64,000 nucleotides of DNA. It comes from Heptranchias perlo. Taxonomy: Eukaryota. Below are positions 63,603-64,000 of the stretch, piece by piece (the first letter of the stretch is position 1; every line of letters begins with the position of its first letter). The stretch lies in contig NC_090338.1 in assembly GCF_035084215.1 (NCBI RefSeq), forward strand, positions 15,872,001 through 15,936,000. The letters are read 5' to 3'. The notes beneath the pieces were generated by a model, which saw only the letters and a program-made list of their open reading frames with translations, made no database searches and was not told where the DNA came from. The translations under genes and the position numbers were made by a program.

Positions 63603-63970
63603 TTTCGCCTCTGAGTCAAAAGGTTGTAAGTTCAAGTCCCACTCCAGGGGACGTTAAAACCGAAGGCCCACCTGCCCTCTCAGGCAGATGTAAAAGATTC
63701 CTTGGCACTATTTCTAAGAAGAGCAGGGGAATTCTCCCCGGTGCCCAGGCCAACATTTATCCCTCAACCAACATCACTAAAACAGATTATCTGGTGAATA
63801 TCACATTGCTGTTTGGGGGACCTTGCGGTACGCAAATTGGCTGCCACATTTCCTACATTAAAGCAAAGACTACACTGCAAAAAAGTACTTCATTGGCTGT
63901 AAAGTGCTTTGGGGCATTCTGAGGTCATGAAAGGTGCTATATAAATACAAGTCTTTCTTTCTTTCTTTTA
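63603..63970 (+). mobile_element. tRNA-headed SINE
   Basis: Head ggttgtaagttcaagtcccactcc, same core, (ttct)n tail. Confidence 0.75.
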
Positions 63971-64000
63971 CATCCAACTGAACAGGCAGACAGAGTCTCG

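Overview
Vertebrate genomic DNA, most likely a cartilaginous fish (inferred from the CR1/L2 LINEs, DeuSINE-type tRNA SINEs and GC-rich Harbinger elements). The main content is one + strand, 14-exon Ig-superfamily gene reconstructed from GT-AG boundaries. It has a leader exon (ATG 10993), three tandem copies of a four-exon V-C2-V-C2 cassette (12 Ig domains) and one transmembrane exon (60951-61058). All introns are phase 1 and the spliced frame is open for about 1292 codons. The cytoplasmic tail is not resolved here. The cassette resembles the CD4/LAG-3/G6F-like plan but has cysteine-less V domains and a Tyr-rich loop in the distal unit. The left end holds a degenerate retrovirus-like LTR element on the - strand. 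It has a tRNA-Arg PBS, gag, UGA-CUAG readthrough into pol, a tether plus a second RNase H, integrase, and a spliced signal-peptide ORF (candidate env) that runs off the window. A solo LTR of the same family sits in an intron. The introns carry nested CR1 LINEs, Harbinger transposons, SINEs and a Penelope-type fragment with a minimal hammerhead ribozyme just upstream of the TM exon. All alignments were done by eye.
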